NCBI GenBank assembly: GCA_001724265.1
Contig: MEDY01000313.1
Location: forward strand, 1-36,318
DNA length: 36,318 bases
Source: Rhizaria sp. SCN 62-66
Taxonomy: Eukaryota
Direction of reading: 5' to 3'
Below, in pieces: positions 34,166 through 36,318 of this stretch; position 1 is the stretch's first letter, and every line of letters starts with the position of its first letter. The notes beneath the pieces are model-generated. The model saw only the letters and a list, made by a program, of their open reading frames with translations. It did not search any database and had not been told where the DNA came from. A program made the position numbers and the translations under genes.

Positions 34166-35749
34166 CTGCAGCAGCGCACAAGAGGGAACACAGAAGGTGA
34201 TTTAAAACATGTGGGAATACGGTGAGTATGGTTATAGCGGGTATAAAGTTAAGGAAAGGCGCGGAGCAGGGTTGAACGGCTGCGAAGGCACAGAGCAAAC
34301 GACGAACTTTGGAGGAAGCGTCGGGCTGCATTGGGAAGGTGTAACGCGCGATTCGCGCAAAAGCAAAATCAACACCGTAAATTCCAAACATTATTCATCA
34401 TCCGAAGCTAACTTTTCACGCGTCTGACGTTGCTCTGGCGGAGCTTGGGTCTGTGATAGATCTGCCTTCGTCAGCAAACGCTTTTTGGTTGTGGAAGGGG
34501 TCAGTGCGACGGTGCTCACGGTCAGAGTTAAGGTGGATGTGGTGGAAGGAATATCTTCGCTGTTGATCGCCTTTACCTTTGCAATTTCGAACCATACTTT
34601 GGTGAACAATTATTTCATTATTTCTTTCTATGGTGGTCAGGTTTATTTCTATCTCGCATCGAACTCCACAGTGATATCACGGCTACAGTGACAAACGAGA
34701 ATCGTAACTCAGGCAGGTGTAGGTGATGCAGAAAAGTACATGAGCAGATATAGCCATCACATTTAGTTACCACGCATCGACGTTGCATAGTCAACAGAAT
34801 TTGACCTTGCGACTCGCCGATTGACGTGCACAGAACTCACGTTGTCTTCATTAATACGCATTGAGTTAAAAATCGAGTGCCGACACAGAGTCCATTAACA
34901 CATAGATTGATGAGGCCCAATGAATCATGCCACATTAAGAAAGGTACCACAGATTTGTTTTCATAGATGCAACACGACATCAAGACATGACCATAAAGAC
35001 CACCAAGGTAGCAGTTTCACACGTTCGAGGAGAGAGTATTTAACGAATGAAGCAAACTCACAGGGCATCTAGCTCAGCGAAATAGCAGTTCTGAGAAATA
35101 AAAGCAGCAACACATGCTCCAAAGACACACCAGCAAAGTTTCTGTAAAACATTGCACCTTAGAATGCTCGCTACGCTTCGCAAGCGCCTCGCTTAATAGA
35201 GATAAACAAAGGTGACCTCCCCGAACCCAAAATGACCCAACAAAGCCATGGGGTTGTAAGCCAAGACCAAGCTCAAAACAAGTGAGCATCACATTAATAG
35301 AACAAAAAATAATTTTGCTAACATAAATGCAGCCAAATTTGTATACGACGATTGTTTCATTGCATGCAGAGAGGCTTTTGTCTCCCTCACCCCAGAGTCG
35401 TGGAGTAGAGTCTGAAAGAACGCGCGTATTCACCACAATACATCGCGTTGTTGTTGATTTCAATAACAATTCCAACACAAAGCTGTACGTTTTGTGAGAA
35501 ACATATGCTGACTGAGTGTTTCACGATGAAACCAAAGAGATATCGAGGTAGTATGATATAGGCTATTTATTTCTTTTTGGCTGTCAAGTTCGCAAAAAAG
35601 CCAGAGACGACGGGGCCAGTTCTGAAAAAAGAAACTGAATTTAAAATCAAGCCGCCAGCCCCCTCGCACTCTAGCCCCGCGACCGAGCCGGGGCTTGGGA
35701 GTTGAGGTCGAGACGATTGTTTGGGCTCTTTGTCTGTTTGCTGACAAGC
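34166..35749. promoter_or_regulatory. Divergent intergenic region between the auxilin-like gene and RPL18
   Basis: Head-to-head gene arrangement, AT-rich, no credible ORF. No specific motif identified. Confidence 0.35.
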
Positions 35750-36318
35750 ATGGTACGTCTCGCCACCAATCTGCGCATATTATCCCCGTTGTTTTGCTGC
35801 TATCTATCATTGCTATACATCTTTTGTCGTTCTTTTTGAGGAGAACGGGCCGTTGGGAAGTCGCTGCTGGACTCGTCCTAGAGCAATGCCGAAGTTGAGG
35901 CCGACTCTTCGGTGCGCTCGCGTTGGTTCCTGGGGACCTTAGAGTCAGTCTATGTGCCCTCTCCGTGCTGTTTCGACATGTAATTCTTTGCTCCCTGTAC
36001 CATGCACTCACTGCTCTTCGCTTTTCCCATCCTCGCTGTTCCCTTTTGTTTCCCTCTTCCCCCTCTTCTTCTGTCCTCTTCACCCATCTTTCTTCGCTGC
36101 CCTGCTCTGCCCTGCCGTCCGCGTGCTTTGGCTCGTGTGTCTCTATTTTCTCCACACTCGTGCCCTTTATTTGCGCGCTATAACAGGGTATTGATCTCAA
36201 GGCCGGCGGCCGCATCCGCAAGGGTGTCCGCACCAACCCCAAGACGGAGAACGTGTACGTTCGCCTCCTCGTGAAGTTGTACAAGTTCCTCGCTCGCCGC
36301 ACCAGCGCGACCTTCAAC
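35750..36318 (+). CDS. RPL18: 60S ribosomal protein L18 (eL18), N-terminal part; runs off the window
   Basis: ATG at 35750-35752 is followed directly by intron 35753-36186 (GTACGT...TAACAG, 434 nt). Exon 36187-36318 reads [44 protein letters not shown], the conserved eL18 N-terminus (MG.D...R..PKS...Y.RLLVKLY.FLARRT...FN). Confidence 0.93.
35839..35981 (+). ncRNA. Candidate intronic H/ACA-box snoRNA-like or other structured element in RPL18 intron 1
   Basis: Hairpin (AGGA..CGGG / CTCG-TCCT), then AGAGCA (ANANNA, 35880-35885), then a second hairpin (CGAAG/TTTCG; AGGCCGACTCT/AGAGTCAGTCT), then ACA at 35976-35978. No convincing pseudouridylation pocket seen. Confidence 0.3.

Noticed and set aside
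34360-34402. C/D-box snoRNA (GATGATGA on the minus strand)
   Set aside because: No CTGA D box at a suitable distance and no terminal stem.
35460-36317. 285-aa minus-strand ORF
   Set aside because: It is antisense to RPL18 and its pyrimidine-rich intron; the Lys/Glu/Arg-rich translation is a compositional artefact.
1-36318. tRNA, rRNA or autonomous transposon/retroelement genes
   Set aside because: No cloverleaf, rRNA-like tract, or transposase, reverse-transcriptase or integrase motif was recognised by eye.

Overview
Eukaryotic nuclear DNA, most likely from a protist; the lineage cannot be named from this window. Exons are very GC-rich and full of Ala/Gly/Ser low-complexity runs. They are separated by short GT-AG introns (119-216 nt, one of 434 nt), and 11 of the 14 donors start GTACG. 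Seven genes can be rebuilt by hand with frame-consistent splice sites: (1) the 3' end of RPL7 (+); (2) a 3-exon, ~2353-aa low-complexity protein with a calcineurin-B/NCS-like EF-hand region (-); (3) an 8-exon, ~4346-codon ADAM/ADAMTS-hybrid metalloprotease (+) with signal peptide, prodomain, HEVGHNLGAQH metzincin domain, disintegrin, ~36 thrombospondin-1 repeats, EGF modules, one TM helix and an acidic tail, interrupted by a single in-frame TAG at 17865; (4) RPLP1 (+), with a poly-Ser tail in place of the conserved C-terminal motif; (5) MSH2 (+); (6) a BAR-like domain plus auxilin-type J-domain protein (-); (7) the 5' end of RPL18 (+). The non-coding DNA holds several putative structured RNAs; the clearest is a ~207-nt rod-like fold-back at 25674-25880 whose G-U pairs point to the minus strand. 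Most ORFs in the supplied track are antisense or alternative-frame shadows of GC-rich exons. All splice models and RNA folds were derived by eye and need RNA-seq or computational confirmation.
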